DNA of 64,000 nucleotides from Escherichia coli (GTDB lineage Bacteria; Pseudomonadota; Gammaproteobacteria; Enterobacterales; Enterobacteriaceae): NCBI RefSeq assembly GCF_003790525.1, contig NZ_CP033636.1; one strand, 5' to 3'. Shown piece by piece: positions 9,732 to 19,208 of this stretch (position 1 is its first letter; each line of letters starts with the position of its first letter). The notes under the pieces were generated by a model. It saw only the letters and a program-made list of their open reading frames with translations, ran no database searches and was not told where the DNA came from. The position numbers and the translations under genes were made by a program.

Positions 9732-10916
9732 ATGTCCGCAATCGAAACTGAAGTAAAAAACAACAGCAACGAAATCAGCCTTCGTGGTTACCTGGAACGC
9801 ACTGGTAACGGTGCCCGTAAAGGCAACGGCCTTATCATTGACCCTTCGGTTGTTGTAGAGCAGGAAGGCTTTAACACCCGCACGGCCGGTATGGGCGAGC
9901 TCTACTATTCAATGCCTCACGTTGTGGAACACCTGAACAGCCTGGCCGATGCCTACATGGAAGACCCGTTCAGCGTGACGCCTATCGTTGTTCAGATGGT
10001 TAATGGCGTACCTGTACTGCGTCAGGGGGCTTGCCGTATCCGTTCCATCGCTATTGCAAACCGCCAGCTGGAAGCAGAAGGGCGTGAACGCATTACTCGT
10101 ATTCGCTGCGAAGAGTTTCGCGGTAGCGCTTCAAAAGCAGAACTCTTCACCCTGACCGGCAACTCCAACCTGGCGCTGTCTGTCGTAGCTGAAGCGCTTT
10201 CAATTAAGCGTCTGGTTGAAGATAAAGAAGAGCCTAAGACCTTTGCGGAACTGGCAAAAAAACGTGGTAAATCAGAGCAGCATCTTCGCCAGATGGTTCG
10301 CGTACTGGACCTGCCTTCTGAACTACAGACCATGCTTGTGAGCGATCAGGTGAGCATGTACGTTGCACTGGACGAGTATATGTACAGCGGTGAGGATGCG
10401 GTAGATAACATCAACAAAGCGATCTCCATCTATGGCAAGGCGACGAAAAACACGCTGAAATTCGTCAAAGCTGCCAAGGTAGAAGAGCGCATGGCAGATC
10501 CGCAGACTCCGGAAAACATCGGTGCTGAGCAACCGGCAGATGATACTACCGATAACACCCCGGTACCGGATCAACTGAACGATGAAAGCAATACGGAGAC
10601 GCTGGATACGCCACCGGTACAGGAACCGGCTCCAGCTCCAAAGGACAGCGCTCCTAAACAGAACCCGGCAGGTAAAGCACCTTCCATGTCCAGCGTTCTG
10701 AACAAAAAGACTGTGACCGTCATTGCAGACACCGCGATCCCGATTTTTGAACGTATTGCTGAAGAAGCCAAGCTTAAAGAAGGTGAATCTGTCAGTACTG
10801 ATACTTACACGCTTGTTCTGACCAATGATGAAATGAACGATATCATCAACGCTCATGCTGACCTGAAAGAGTACCTGCGTAAGCATGCTGATAAGATGAA
10901 CAAGGGACAGTCATGA
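9732..10916 (+). CDS. orphan ParB/KorB-family DNA-binding protein (394 aa)
   Basis: ParB N-domain-like PIVVQMVNGVPVLRQGACRIRSIAIA (box II analogue with GACR in place of GERR), HTH-like region SEQHLRQMVRVLDLPSELQTML, acidic Pro-rich linker; no adjacent ParA. Confidence 0.55.
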   Translation: MSAIETEVKNNSNEISLRGYLERTGNGARKGNGLIIDPSVVVEQEGFNTRTAGMGELYYSMPHVVEHLNSLADAYMEDPFSVTPIVVQMVNGVPVLRQGACRIRSIAIANRQLEAEGRERITRIRCEEFRGSASKAELFTLTGNSNLALSVVAEALSIKRLVEDKEEPKTFAELAKKRGKSEQHLRQMVRVLDLPSELQTMLVSDQVSMYVALDEYMYSGEDAVDNINKAISIYGKATKNTLKFVKAAKVEERMADPQTPENIGAEQPADDTTDNTPVPDQLNDESNTETLDTPPVQEPAPAPKDSAPKQNPAGKAPSMSSVLNKKTVTVIADTAIPIFERIAEEAKLKEGESVSTDTYTLVLTNDEMNDIINAHADLKEYLRKHADKMNKGQS

Positions 10917-10981
10917 TTTTCTGACCGACCCCTCCATCCGGACGGGTCGGTAACTTTTTCAGGACAAGGGGAAACAGGGCA

Positions 10982-11263
10982 ATGAAGAAGGCTGTTATCA
11001 ACGTAGACAAAACTAACCCACTGCCAGTCCTGACGGATTCGGTGACCCGGGTAAGTATTCAGTGCACGGCAAAAGATGAAAACGGGGCAGGGATCGAAGT
11101 GAATATACTCGACCTGATTCAGGATCATGATACGGCTGAAGTGAAAGTGCAGTTTGGGAGCTCGCCTGTTCAGGCTCTGGCGATGCTCCGCCGGGTTATG
11201 ACAGCACTGGAAAAGCAGGCAAACGCAGAACTGAATACAAACCACTATTCGCGTATGCAGTGA
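10982..11263 (+). CDS. hypothetical protein (93 aa)
   Basis: ORF track; immediately downstream of ParB-like gene. Confidence 0.4.
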   Translation: MKKAVINVDKTNPLPVLTDSVTRVSIQCTAKDENGAGIEVNILDLIQDHDTAEVKVQFGSSPVQALAMLRRVMTALEKQANAELNTNHYSRMQ

Positions 11264-12085
11264 TCTACTCTGGCAATTTCATCCATGCTGCCTCTGATCT
11301 GTCAATCGCGGGCGAAACCTCAGGATGAATAACGCTGATGTTAGCAGCTGGTGGAACAAACAGACTTAAATGGAAAATTGCAGTGAGTAAAACAATGCGT
11401 AACGTTGTTGCGGGTTACATTCAGCCGCTAAGCGGTTCCCGGACACTATGCTAAGCGTGGTCAGACGAAAGCTCAGCAGTATCGTCGACATGCAGGAGAC
11501 CGTCAGACAGTCCTCACAAATGCTTGAGTCTGATGCAGCCATATTCCTGAAACGCGCCATAGTTGCGAGGATGCTTCAAAAAATAAAATATCAGGATAGT
11601 GAAGTTTTAAAAGACTGCCTTGGCGATTTTTTTATTTATGAACAACGTGAAAAATTGCGCCGACTTGGCGTGATTACTAACTGGGGGATTAATAAAACAG
11701 CAGACGGGAAGAATAATAAGTTGTGATAACTCAGTAAATATTAATTTAAAAAGCGTCTTCAGAAATAGAAAAAATGCAAATTATATTGCTACGGGTTATT
11801 AGCCGCTGAGGCTGTTTACATATAATACTTCTAAACAGGAGGTATTATGAAAAAACAACTGGCGTACGCTTCAAACTGTTCTGACAGTCTTTATTCGTAT
11901 ATTTATCGCACTCTGCAAAAACGGGCTGGTGATGAGAATGAAAGCCTTTATCAGCAGGCCATTTCCCGCTGCCGTACAGCTAAACAAAAAAAGAAACTGG
12001 CCGGGTATTATGCCGGTCCATGGCAGCTGCGGTGATGCTGCCAACTTACTGATTTAGTGTATGATGGTGTTTTTGAGGTGCTCCA

Positions 12086-12361
12086 GTGGCTTCTGTTTCT
12101 ATCAGCTGTCCCTCCTGTTCAGCTACTGACGGGGTGGTGCGTAACGGCAAAAGCACTGCCGGACATCAGCGCTATCTCTGCTCTCACTGCCGTAAAACAT
12201 GGCAACTGCAGTTCACTTACACCGCTTCTCAACCCGGTACGCACCAGAAAATCATTGATATGGCCATGAATGGCGTTGGATGCCGGGCAACCGCCCGCAT
12301 TATGGGCGTTGGCCTCAACACGATTTTCCGCCATTTAAAAAACTCAGGCCGCAGTCGGTAA
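12086..12361 (+). CDS. insA: IS1 InsA
   Basis: [43 protein letters not shown]... recognised as IS1 InsA. Confidence 0.9.
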   Translation: MASVSISCPSCSATDGVVRNGKSTAGHQRYLCSHCRKTWQLQFTYTASQPGTHQKIIDMAMNGVGCRATARIMGVGLNTIFRHLKNSGRSR

Positions 12362-12783
12362 CCTCGCGCATACAGCCGGGCAGTGACGTCATCGTCTGCG
12401 CGGAAATGGACGAACAGTGGGGATACGTCGGGGCTAAATCGCGCCAGCGCTGGCTGTTTTACGCGTATGACAGGCTCCGGAAGACGGTTGTTGCGCACGT
12501 ATTCGGTGAACGCACTATGGCGACGCTGGGGCGTCTTATGAGCCTGCTGTCACCCTTTGACGTGGTGATATGGATGACGGATGGCTGGCCGCTGTATGAA
12601 TCCCGCCTGAAGGGAAAGCTGCACGTAATCAGCAAGCGATATACGCAGCGAATTGAGCGGCATAACCTGAATCTGAGGCAGCACCTGGCACGGCTGGGAC
12701 GGAAGTCGCTGTCGTTCTCAAAATCGGTGGAGCTGCATGACAAAGTCATCGGGCATTATCTGAACATAAAACACTATCAATAA
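12280..12783 (+). CDS. insB: IS1 InsB frame (expressed as InsAB by -1 frameshift)
   Basis: Recognised IS1 InsB sequence; overlaps insA 3-prime end containing the A-run frameshift window. Confidence 0.85.
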   Translation: MPGNRPHYGRWPQHDFPPFKKLRPQSVTSRIQPGSDVIVCAEMDEQWGYVGAKSRQRWLFYAYDRLRKTVVAHVFGERTMATLGRLMSLLSPFDVVIWMTDGWPLYESRLKGKLHVISKRYTQRIERHNLNLRQHLARLGRKSLSFSKSVELHDKVIGHYLNIKHYQ

Positions 12784-12964
12784 GTTGGAGTCATTACCGG
12801 CAGCTGCTTTTCAACGCGTGGTGTAACAATCGCGTCCCTAACACAGCGGTGCTGGCTCTTCTACTCCAGCAGTGCTTATCTCATTTCCAGTGCGAAGAAG
12901 TGATCGCAGCCTGGCAGTAACCCTATCAAGCCCCTTCGTATAGCGGAGGGGCAGGAGATATCTC

Positions 12965-13402
12965 ATGTACAGAAACGACAGAAACGTGGATTCCTTCAAC
13001 CTGGTTAATGCTCTTCAGCCGGTCTTTCGTAACACCGGCTGTGGGATATTTGAATACGATCGTAAAAAGCAGAATGAAACCGCTGATTCAATCTTACGAG
13101 CGTTGGCGTTAAATGCCGATTTCGCGAGGGCCTTAAAACAGTACGTCCGGATTAATTCTGTACGACGGGTTGTTCAGTTCGATGACGGCTCGGTTCGCTA
13201 TGGTATTCATGCCGAATTTGAAGGGCATGATAAAATTAATTCCTTCCGTATTTTTAAAGATGAAGATACAGACGCATTTGACTCCTATTTTTATTTGGTT
13301 TGCGATAATAAAGCTGAGCTGGTGGATTTTAAAATGAACTCTCTCGATATTCAATTACAGGCTGTTTTTGAAAAAGTGACAGGTATTTATCTGTCACATT
13401 AA
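12965..13402 (+). CDS. hypothetical protein (145 aa)
   Basis: ORF track; GGAGATATCTC just upstream of ATG. Confidence 0.4.
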   Translation: MYRNDRNVDSFNLVNALQPVFRNTGCGIFEYDRKKQNETADSILRALALNADFARALKQYVRINSVRRVVQFDDGSVRYGIHAEFEGHDKINSFRIFKDEDTDAFDSYFYLVCDNKAELVDFKMNSLDIQLQAVFEKVTGIYLSH

Positions 13403-13463
13403 ATATTCAAATTTTCAATCCTCGGGCTGATAGACAAAAAACGCACTTTAGAATAAAGATGAG

Positions 13464-14006
13464 ATGAATATGAAAAACGTAAATATTTTGACTACCGATA
13501 TCGCGGCCATTAATGCTCTTTCTGGCGTAGAACTGACGGACTTTCTCACTGCCGGGTATCAGGTAAACTGGTCAGGAGAAAGGGAGGTTTCGCTGGTGGG
13601 CTTTCCGTGTTTAGCAAGCAACAAGCAGCCGGTAGAAGTTGGTCCCGGTATTTTCATTAATCGCGTGTACAGCAAAGACAGCCAGTCTCTGTGCGGGAAA
13701 TTGCGCTATGACCTGTCTAATGGTCTGGCATCCGGCGCATTTTCATTTTTCTCCCATTCAGGCTGGTATGGGGGATTCCGTGTCGTATCCTTCCGTGACA
13801 ACGGGCCAGCTGCGTTGATCAACATTGGCATTGTCCATGAAAATGTTTTGAATGCGTTTTGTGCTGACTTCCCCCGGGCCAATGTGAGCGTAAACCGTTT
13901 TCATTGTGGCATGACGCTTGAGCAGATCCGCATGTTCATTTCAGACACCGCTTACGATATGCCGCTTTATAACAACGAGTCTGACTTTCGCAGGCTCGCC
14001 AGTTAG
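13464..14006 (+). CDS. hypothetical protein (180 aa)
   Basis: ORF track. Confidence 0.4.
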   Translation: MNMKNVNILTTDIAAINALSGVELTDFLTAGYQVNWSGEREVSLVGFPCLASNKQPVEVGPGIFINRVYSKDSQSLCGKLRYDLSNGLASGAFSFFSHSGWYGGFRVVSFRDNGPAALINIGIVHENVLNAFCADFPRANVSVNRFHCGMTLEQIRMFISDTAYDMPLYNNESDFRRLAS

Positions 14007-14170
14007 CATGGAGACTGGCTTCAGTGCTTACGCCTAAAAACCAATGAGCGAAGTGGCGGAACCGGTTGGCTTCGCCCAGTTGGCGTGAGCGATTAGTTCT
14101 ATACGGGAAGAAGTCATAGTATTCTGAAATGATAGTTATCTCATACGAACGATAGTAATGGAGTTTCTTA

Positions 14171-14539
14171 ATGGGCGTTGATATCTGCTGGCGATTTCAA
14201 AGGGAAGAAAAGCCTGGTAAATGGATTAATTTATCAAGCAATTATAAAGGGGACCGATCATATCTCCACTTTGCCTGGCTCGGATTTGATGTAGATCGTG
14301 AAAGGGCGAGCACATCAGCAGTTTTTATCCACGCATTACGCGGATTACCTGATGATATACCGTCCGAAGATGATGATTTATTCGGTGAACATTCATACTC
14401 ATGGCTGACTTCGGAAGAAATTTTGTCAGCCATACCACCCGATAACGCCGGAGAGGTGATCCAGGAATTTGTCGAAGAAGTAAAGCGTCTCCACGTGGAG
14501 AACGGCAGCGTCCGTTTCGTCTTTGGATTTGAAGGGTAA
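14171..14539 (+). CDS. hypothetical acidic protein (122 aa)
   Basis: ORF track; GGAG upstream. Confidence 0.4.
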   Translation: MGVDICWRFQREEKPGKWINLSSNYKGDRSYLHFAWLGFDVDRERASTSAVFIHALRGLPDDIPSEDDDLFGEHSYSWLTSEEILSAIPPDNAGEVIQEFVEEVKRLHVENGSVRFVFGFEG

Positions 14540-14971
14540 CCCGTAAGAAAGTAGCTATCTTACCCGGCTAGGTCTCCAATCTCTCAGATGCTCAAAGAGG
14601 GCCGGGCATGGTGCCCACACATCCCCTACCATTCCGATTTGATATTCGTCTAATACACCCTTTAAAGAAAACAAGCAGACGGCAATGAGACGTCGGATTA
14701 GCGTCAGCAAATATGAGACGTCAGTAGTCGATGTTTGTCCTGCGGAACGTGAATCTGTTTACAGGGGGTAAAGCCGTACCATCCATGAGGGCTCAGAGAG
14801 CCGGGGTCTCCTCCAGATCACTGGAAGTTATTGACTCTGGCAGGCCTATCCCTATGACTTTTTCCCGGATGGCAAATTAAGATCGAACAGGGCCAAATTA
14901 GTACTCTTTTCTAAACGGAAATACTGAATCACCCTGATATAACTGGTCTCTCACAAGACAGGAGATCATCA

Positions 14972-15274
14972 ATGGAACGTGTAATATTTTCAGTAATCTT
15001 TTTTATGATGCTGGGCGTACCTTTTTACCTTCTTTATAAAATTGCCCGGGACATTTTTGGGACCGCCGGTGCTGGTGAGCCTGCACAATTGCCTCAGGGC
15101 AAGCAAAGACGCTCAGGAGGCGCTGGTTCGGGTTCGATCTGGCAAGGACACCATCTACAGGGGAGCAGCCATTTGAACCCCCTCGGAGGTGATTGTAATG
15201 GTGAAAATAGCATAGCTGGTGGTTGTGATGGTGGCGGTGGAGGAGGAGGAGGAGGAGGTGGTGGTGGTGACTGA
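14972..15274 (+). CDS. small membrane protein with Gly-rich C-terminal tail ending in a poly-Gly run (100 aa)
   Basis: AGGAG RBS 8 nt upstream of ATG; N-terminal hydrophobic helix; 13 consecutive Gly codons at the C-terminus. Confidence 0.45.
   Translation: MERVIFSVIFFMMLGVPFYLLYKIARDIFGTAGAGEPAQLPQGKQRRSGGAGSGSIWQGHHLQGSSHLNPLGGDCNGENSIAGGCDGGGGGGGGGGGGGD
15231..15272. repeat. (GGN)n simple-sequence tract, about 14 units
   Basis: GGTGGCGGTGGAGGAGGAGGAGGAGGAGGTGGTGGTGGTGAC. Confidence 0.8.
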
Positions 15275-15630
15275 TAGCCTGCAATTTTAACTATCAGGAT
15301 GAAACCCATGTCCAGCAACCGGAAAAAGAATTCATATCAACCGAAAAGCCCTGCCTTAAAGTGAAGCGTATTAAACGTGAAGGATGCTGAATTAGAGGGT
15401 ATCGGTTTTATACTGAAGCGTAACTGGAAGAAGGATCTGAAATTAACTATTACGGAAAAGTAACTTTCTGACTCACCACGTACGCCCCTCGGTTATGCCA
15501 TACAGTTTGATACGAAAACAGATCAGTAAGTAGATTGCTATACGCCGGAGAGAAGTCTATTTTTCATACACCGAACCTGTTTGGCCTGCAATGGAAGCAG
15601 GTATAATAATCACATACAAAGGAGGGCATT

Positions 15631-15915
15631 ATGAATAAATTTTTATACGTGCTTTTGGCCTGGATTGTTGTGCTTTTTATCGCCAACAAACTGCTCGCAA
15701 GACGTAAGCCCAAGACGGTTAAAATCCTGGTACAGCGCAACGGGAAAGCCGCAGAGGTTGATGCTGTAGTGGTTCAGGGTTCAAAGAGAGCTAACAACAG
15801 TTCTGTTGCGGACAGCGACGCGGTAGATAGTTATTTTGAAATGAATCCTTACTCCCGCGAAAACCAGTCGAATGGTTGGGCTATGCTGGCCAGAGACGAT
15901 GACCAGCTTAAATAA
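15631..15915 (+). CDS. hypothetical membrane-anchored protein (94 aa)
   Basis: AAAGGAGGG RBS; N-terminal hydrophobic helix. Confidence 0.45.
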   Translation: MNKFLYVLLAWIVVLFIANKLLARRKPKTVKILVQRNGKAAEVDAVVVQGSKRANNSSVADSDAVDSYFEMNPYSRENQSNGWAMLARDDDQLK

Positions 15916-15971
15916 TCAGTTGAGTGTGATGTGTAAAGCAGCTTAAAACTCTAAATGGACGAACAGGGGAG

Positions 15972-16334
15972 GTGACAAAGATGACAACCAATACAACAAC
16001 GACCACCTACCGCTCAGAAGAAATCGTGCCGTTCAGACGGCCCAAAGGGGATCTGGATAGTCGGTATATGCCTCAGGTGTATGCAATGGTGCGGAACTGG
16101 GCAAGTAACCCTGCTCAATATGGTGAGGGTGTACTGGCCTCCTACCGCCAACCGGCAGTAAACCTTGCCTACCAGGTAAAAGGAACTCGTGTTGTTTTAA
16201 TTCTGGTACCAGTAGAGTGCGAGCCACCTGGAGTGATAATGACGGAAACAGTCCTGTGGCCGTCACTATCACTTGTAGAAGTCTTGCAGACCTTGCAGGA
16301 GGCCTGGCAAAATATTCCGGCGTTAAACCCCTGA
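15972..16334 (+). CDS. hypothetical protein (120 aa)
   Basis: ORF track; GGGGAGG upstream. Confidence 0.4.
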   Translation: MTKMTTNTTTTTYRSEEIVPFRRPKGDLDSRYMPQVYAMVRNWASNPAQYGEGVLASYRQPAVNLAYQVKGTRVVLILVPVECEPPGVIMTETVLWPSLSLVEVLQTLQEAWQNIPALNP

Positions 16335-16551
16335 CGACTTCTGTCAATATCACCGGCTAGTGATTTACCTCTCTGCTGGTGGTCAGCCCGCCTAAGTTCA
16401 AATTATCTCTTTCTAAATTAGCCCGGATAAAAATCGGTCCCTCTAAAATAGCCTGCCCTGAGTAGGCTACGTCATACAAAGCGTTGGCCAGTCACCAGCT
16501 GGCTGGTGGCCATAATGCTCCACAGGATAAACCGTATCAGAACTACGCAAA

Positions 16552-16590
16552 GAAAAAGCCCCAACAATTTACCGATGGGGCCTTTTGCAG
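16552..16590. terminator. candidate bidirectional terminator hairpin between convergent genes
   Basis: AAAAAGCCCCA-loop-TGGGGCCTTTT, A-tract and T-tract on either side. Confidence 0.4.
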
Positions 16591-16620
16591 ACATTTTACA
16601 GCCTTACCAATGATAGAGCG

Positions 16621-17352
16621 CTAAGGCTTCTGCTTAGTGAACAGACTTGCCCACAGATAATGGATAAAGTTGAGCAGAATGTATGTTACTCGTTGCTCGA
16701 ATTTCATCGGGGCTTTGTACTTTGTCGTTATGTTGTGAATATGAGTAAGGTCCGTATAGAGCCCTAGCGACTTCCTTGTTGACTTCAACACCGAACAGAT
16801 GTGCTGAACAGACTCCGGTGTGAACAACCGTAGCCCTCGTCGTTGTTTGACTTTATGGATAAAATCGTCCATCCCCATACATAACCATTCCGGCTTGATG
16901 CCATCAAACTTACAACGTCCGTTTATGATGACGACATTGATACATTCCAGTTCTCTAGCCTTAAGAGCAGACTGAATAGCCCTGATGTGCCCCTGGTTTT
17001 GCTTAAACGGGTTCTGCAACTTGAGGGTTCGGGACTGAGTCCATTTCCGCCAGTGGCTTTCCTCCAGAGTACCGTAGAGCTTGCCTACGTAGTTTTTCTG
17101 CTCTATGACGTATATACCATGTGGGGCTACGAGAATGTGATCAACCTGAGTAGTGCTATGAGCCGACAACTGAAAGGTGAGATCACTAAGTAGCCCCTGA
17201 GCTTCTTCAGGAAGCCCAGATTCAATTGCCTTTGCAGTCCGCCGTTCCGCTATGGCAGAGGTCATAAAACCCAACAGACACAGCAACACGACGAAAATAA
17301 GGATAATGAAAGCTACCCCCGTAATGCTCCACAGCAGATTGAAAGCATCCAT
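16621..17352 (-). CDS. NERD (nuclease-related domain) protein with N-terminal transmembrane anchor (243 aa)
   Basis: TM helix then DHILVAPHGIYVIEQKNY...G.....W motif typical of NERD; start 1 nt after upstream gene stop. Confidence 0.55.
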   Translation of the reverse strand: MDAFNLLWSITGVAFIILIFVVLLCLLGFMTSAIAERRTAKAIESGLPEEAQGLLSDLTFQLSAHSTTQVDHILVAPHGIYVIEQKNYVGKLYGTLEESHWRKWTQSRTLKLQNPFKQNQGHIRAIQSALKARELECINVVIINGRCKFDGIKPEWLCMGMDDFIHKVKQRRGLRLFTPESVQHICSVLKSTRKSLGLYTDLTHIHNITTKYKAPMKFEQRVTYILLNFIHYLWASLFTKQKP

Positions 17353-17353
17353 G

Positions 17354-18535
17354 TTACCTCACAGAGGGGTAGCTGGTGGCATTAACAGATTCTACCAAGC
17401 GGGTAGTGGTACCGGTAAGGCTCTCAATATTTGAAGACAGGCTCATCAGCATGCCGAGTGCAGAACGGAGATTACGATGAGGCTCATTGTAGTTTTTGAA
17501 CGTGTCAGTGGAGTACATTTTTGAAAGACGTGTACGGATCTCTACTGACGTAAGATCTCCATCCACCAGGCCGTACTTAACTGCCTGAGGTGTTGGCCAT
17601 ACACGGCCTGAATAGAGAGAAACAGCATCGGCATCATGACGCGAGAGAAGCTTTTTACCCCGTCCAAGTTCAACATCAGTTATAAATTTTTCATGCATCG
17701 TGTTCAGGATCTCCTTCTGCATGAACTCCCTCGTTGAATCGGACAATGGGTGGAAGGGGTCAAGAGCATCTTTGAACTCACCGGCCGTAAGGGGCTCATT
17801 CTTGACGCCTACTGTGCTCATGATCTCTGACAGATTCCAGTGGTCCATACGCACACCGATAGAACCGATCAGGGCATTACTGTCGGCATAAATTGCATCA
17901 GCGGGCGATACCGCGTAATAGCATGCGGATGCGCATATGCCTTTCACACTAACGATGATTGGTTTATATGAGTCTGCGATATCAGAGAAAAAACGACCGG
18001 TACCGCTGGAGAGTACTTCGAGGGAGTTTTGCTTCGACCGTGCTTCATCGCCACGTTCTGTGCTCCCGGTTTTGTTACTCTTGTCAGCGGCTACAGATGA
18101 AAGAGAGCAACCGGCATCTGATACGCGTTCAATCTGTGGCTGGTGGTTTTTAAGCGCGTTTATCTGGCGGTAAATAATGATGGCGTCAGAGGGACCACCA
18201 CCACCTGACTCTGCCTCGATAATAACTGCTTTGGCATGGGGATTATTGTAAGCTTTGGCAAGAGCTGTTGCGATCACTGTTCCATCGCCCGTTTCCGAGC
18301 CGGTACCCATCTCGCCAGAAATCCGTATTACAGCTATATGGTCTTTCTTCCCTTCAGCGTCCTGCCATTGTTCGTAAAGATTGTAGAAAGAAAACCCTAC
18401 AGCGGTCATGGCAATTAGCGACATAGCAACTTTTGCCGTGGTATGAATGCGAAACATCTTATAAAAACGGTCAGCGTTATCATTGAGCGATTCTTTGATA
18501 TTTGTAGGGGACTTCCTTTTTTTACTGCTTAACAT
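17354..18535 (-). CDS. S49-family (SppA-like) serine peptidase with N-terminal membrane anchor (393 aa)
   Basis: Motifs AVIIEAESGGGGPSDA and CASACYYAVSPADAIYADSNALIGSIGV resemble S49 signal peptide peptidase core; AAGGTGG RBS. Confidence 0.5.
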   Translation of the reverse strand: MLSSKKRKSPTNIKESLNDNADRFYKMFRIHTTAKVAMSLIAMTAVGFSFYNLYEQWQDAEGKKDHIAVIRISGEMGTGSETGDGTVIATALAKAYNNPHAKAVIIEAESGGGGPSDAIIIYRQINALKNHQPQIERVSDAGCSLSSVAADKSNKTGSTERGDEARSKQNSLEVLSSGTGRFFSDIADSYKPIIVSVKGICASACYYAVSPADAIYADSNALIGSIGVRMDHWNLSEIMSTVGVKNEPLTAGEFKDALDPFHPLSDSTREFMQKEILNTMHEKFITDVELGRGKKLLSRHDADAVSLYSGRVWPTPQAVKYGLVDGDLTSVEIRTRLSKMYSTDTFKNYNEPHRNLRSALGMLMSLSSNIESLTGTTTRLVESVNATSYPSVR

Positions 18536-18545
18536 CTGACCACCT

Positions 18546-19208
18546 TTACATGAGTTTTTGAAAGTTAGACCACAAGCGATTCAATGCAATTCCCAGTATC
18601 AATAAAGCGACTGGTGGGAAAAGTTGAGCGATATTGTTAAATAGTGACATATTCGGCATGACCAGGTAGACCATCGTTAAAGCACTGATCACCCAAAATG
18701 CTCGAAACCAAATACGATAAAACTGAACTGTAACCTTACCAAATACGTACCTCTTCAATTTCCACTGGTACATTCCATCTGCTAGCATGGCAAATAGATA
18801 GGGCAGAAAAACGATTAGCCACCCCAGGATTAAGTTCCACCGGAAAATGGACTGATAAAGTAAGAGGGGTATGTTTTTGGCCATAGTGTAATTAATAGAG
18901 GTAAATTTTTCAGCAACAATGTTAATACCTCTGGCTGGTTTTTTGGTGTCAGGGATCAGAATAGTATTCAGATAGTCAATTAACTTATAGTCATGTACCA
19001 ACCAATTTAAAGTCGCTTCACTATTTGCAATAACAGACTTCCAACGGTCATTTGATATGATGGACCGGCTTGCATTAACCTCCTGAGTAATCTGATATTT
19101 GAGCTCCTCAGTATTCTGGAAAGCCAGGCTGTAACCAAAATAAATGACCATGCCAAAAAAAAGCATTGTTCTGAGCACTGCTGCTCTGCTTGTATTATCC
19201 GCAGCCAT
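18546..19208 (-). CDS. polytopic inner-membrane protein (about 220 aa), possibly TraJ-like
   Basis: Several hydrophobic helices; start probably the ATG at 19208 (GGAGGG RBS) rather than the track start 19226. Confidence 0.4.
   Translation of the reverse strand: MAADNTSRAAVLRTMLFFGMVIYFGYSLAFQNTEELKYQITQEVNASRSIISNDRWKSVIANSEATLNWLVHDYKLIDYLNTILIPDTKKPARGINIVAEKFTSINYTMAKNIPLLLYQSIFRWNLILGWLIVFLPYLFAMLADGMYQWKLKRYVFGKVTVQFYRIWFRAFWVISALTMVYLVMPNMSLFNNIAQLFPPVALLILGIALNRLWSNFQKLM

Larger units (their letters stand above)
12031..12798 (+). mobile_element. IS1 (768 bp) with 9-bp target site duplication GGCAGCTGC
   Basis: Ends GGTGATGCTGCCAACTTACTGAT ... GTCATTACC; identical 9-mers at 12022-12030 and 12799-12807. 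Confidence 0.9.
11847..12937 (+). pseudogene. small backbone ORF interrupted by IS1 (about 89 aa when IS1 plus one repeat copy are removed)
   Basis: Reading frame 11847.. continues in frame after the IS1 right end to TAA at 12935-12937. Confidence 0.4.

Noticed and set aside
10323-11245. Minus-strand ORFs overlapping the ParB-like gene and its downstream gene
   Set aside because: Antisense frames; the plus-strand genes have recognisable domains and RBS
15094-15318. Minus-strand ORF with a poly-Pro run
   Set aside because: Reverse complement of the (GGN)n tract; the plus-strand gene has the RBS and signal-like N-terminus
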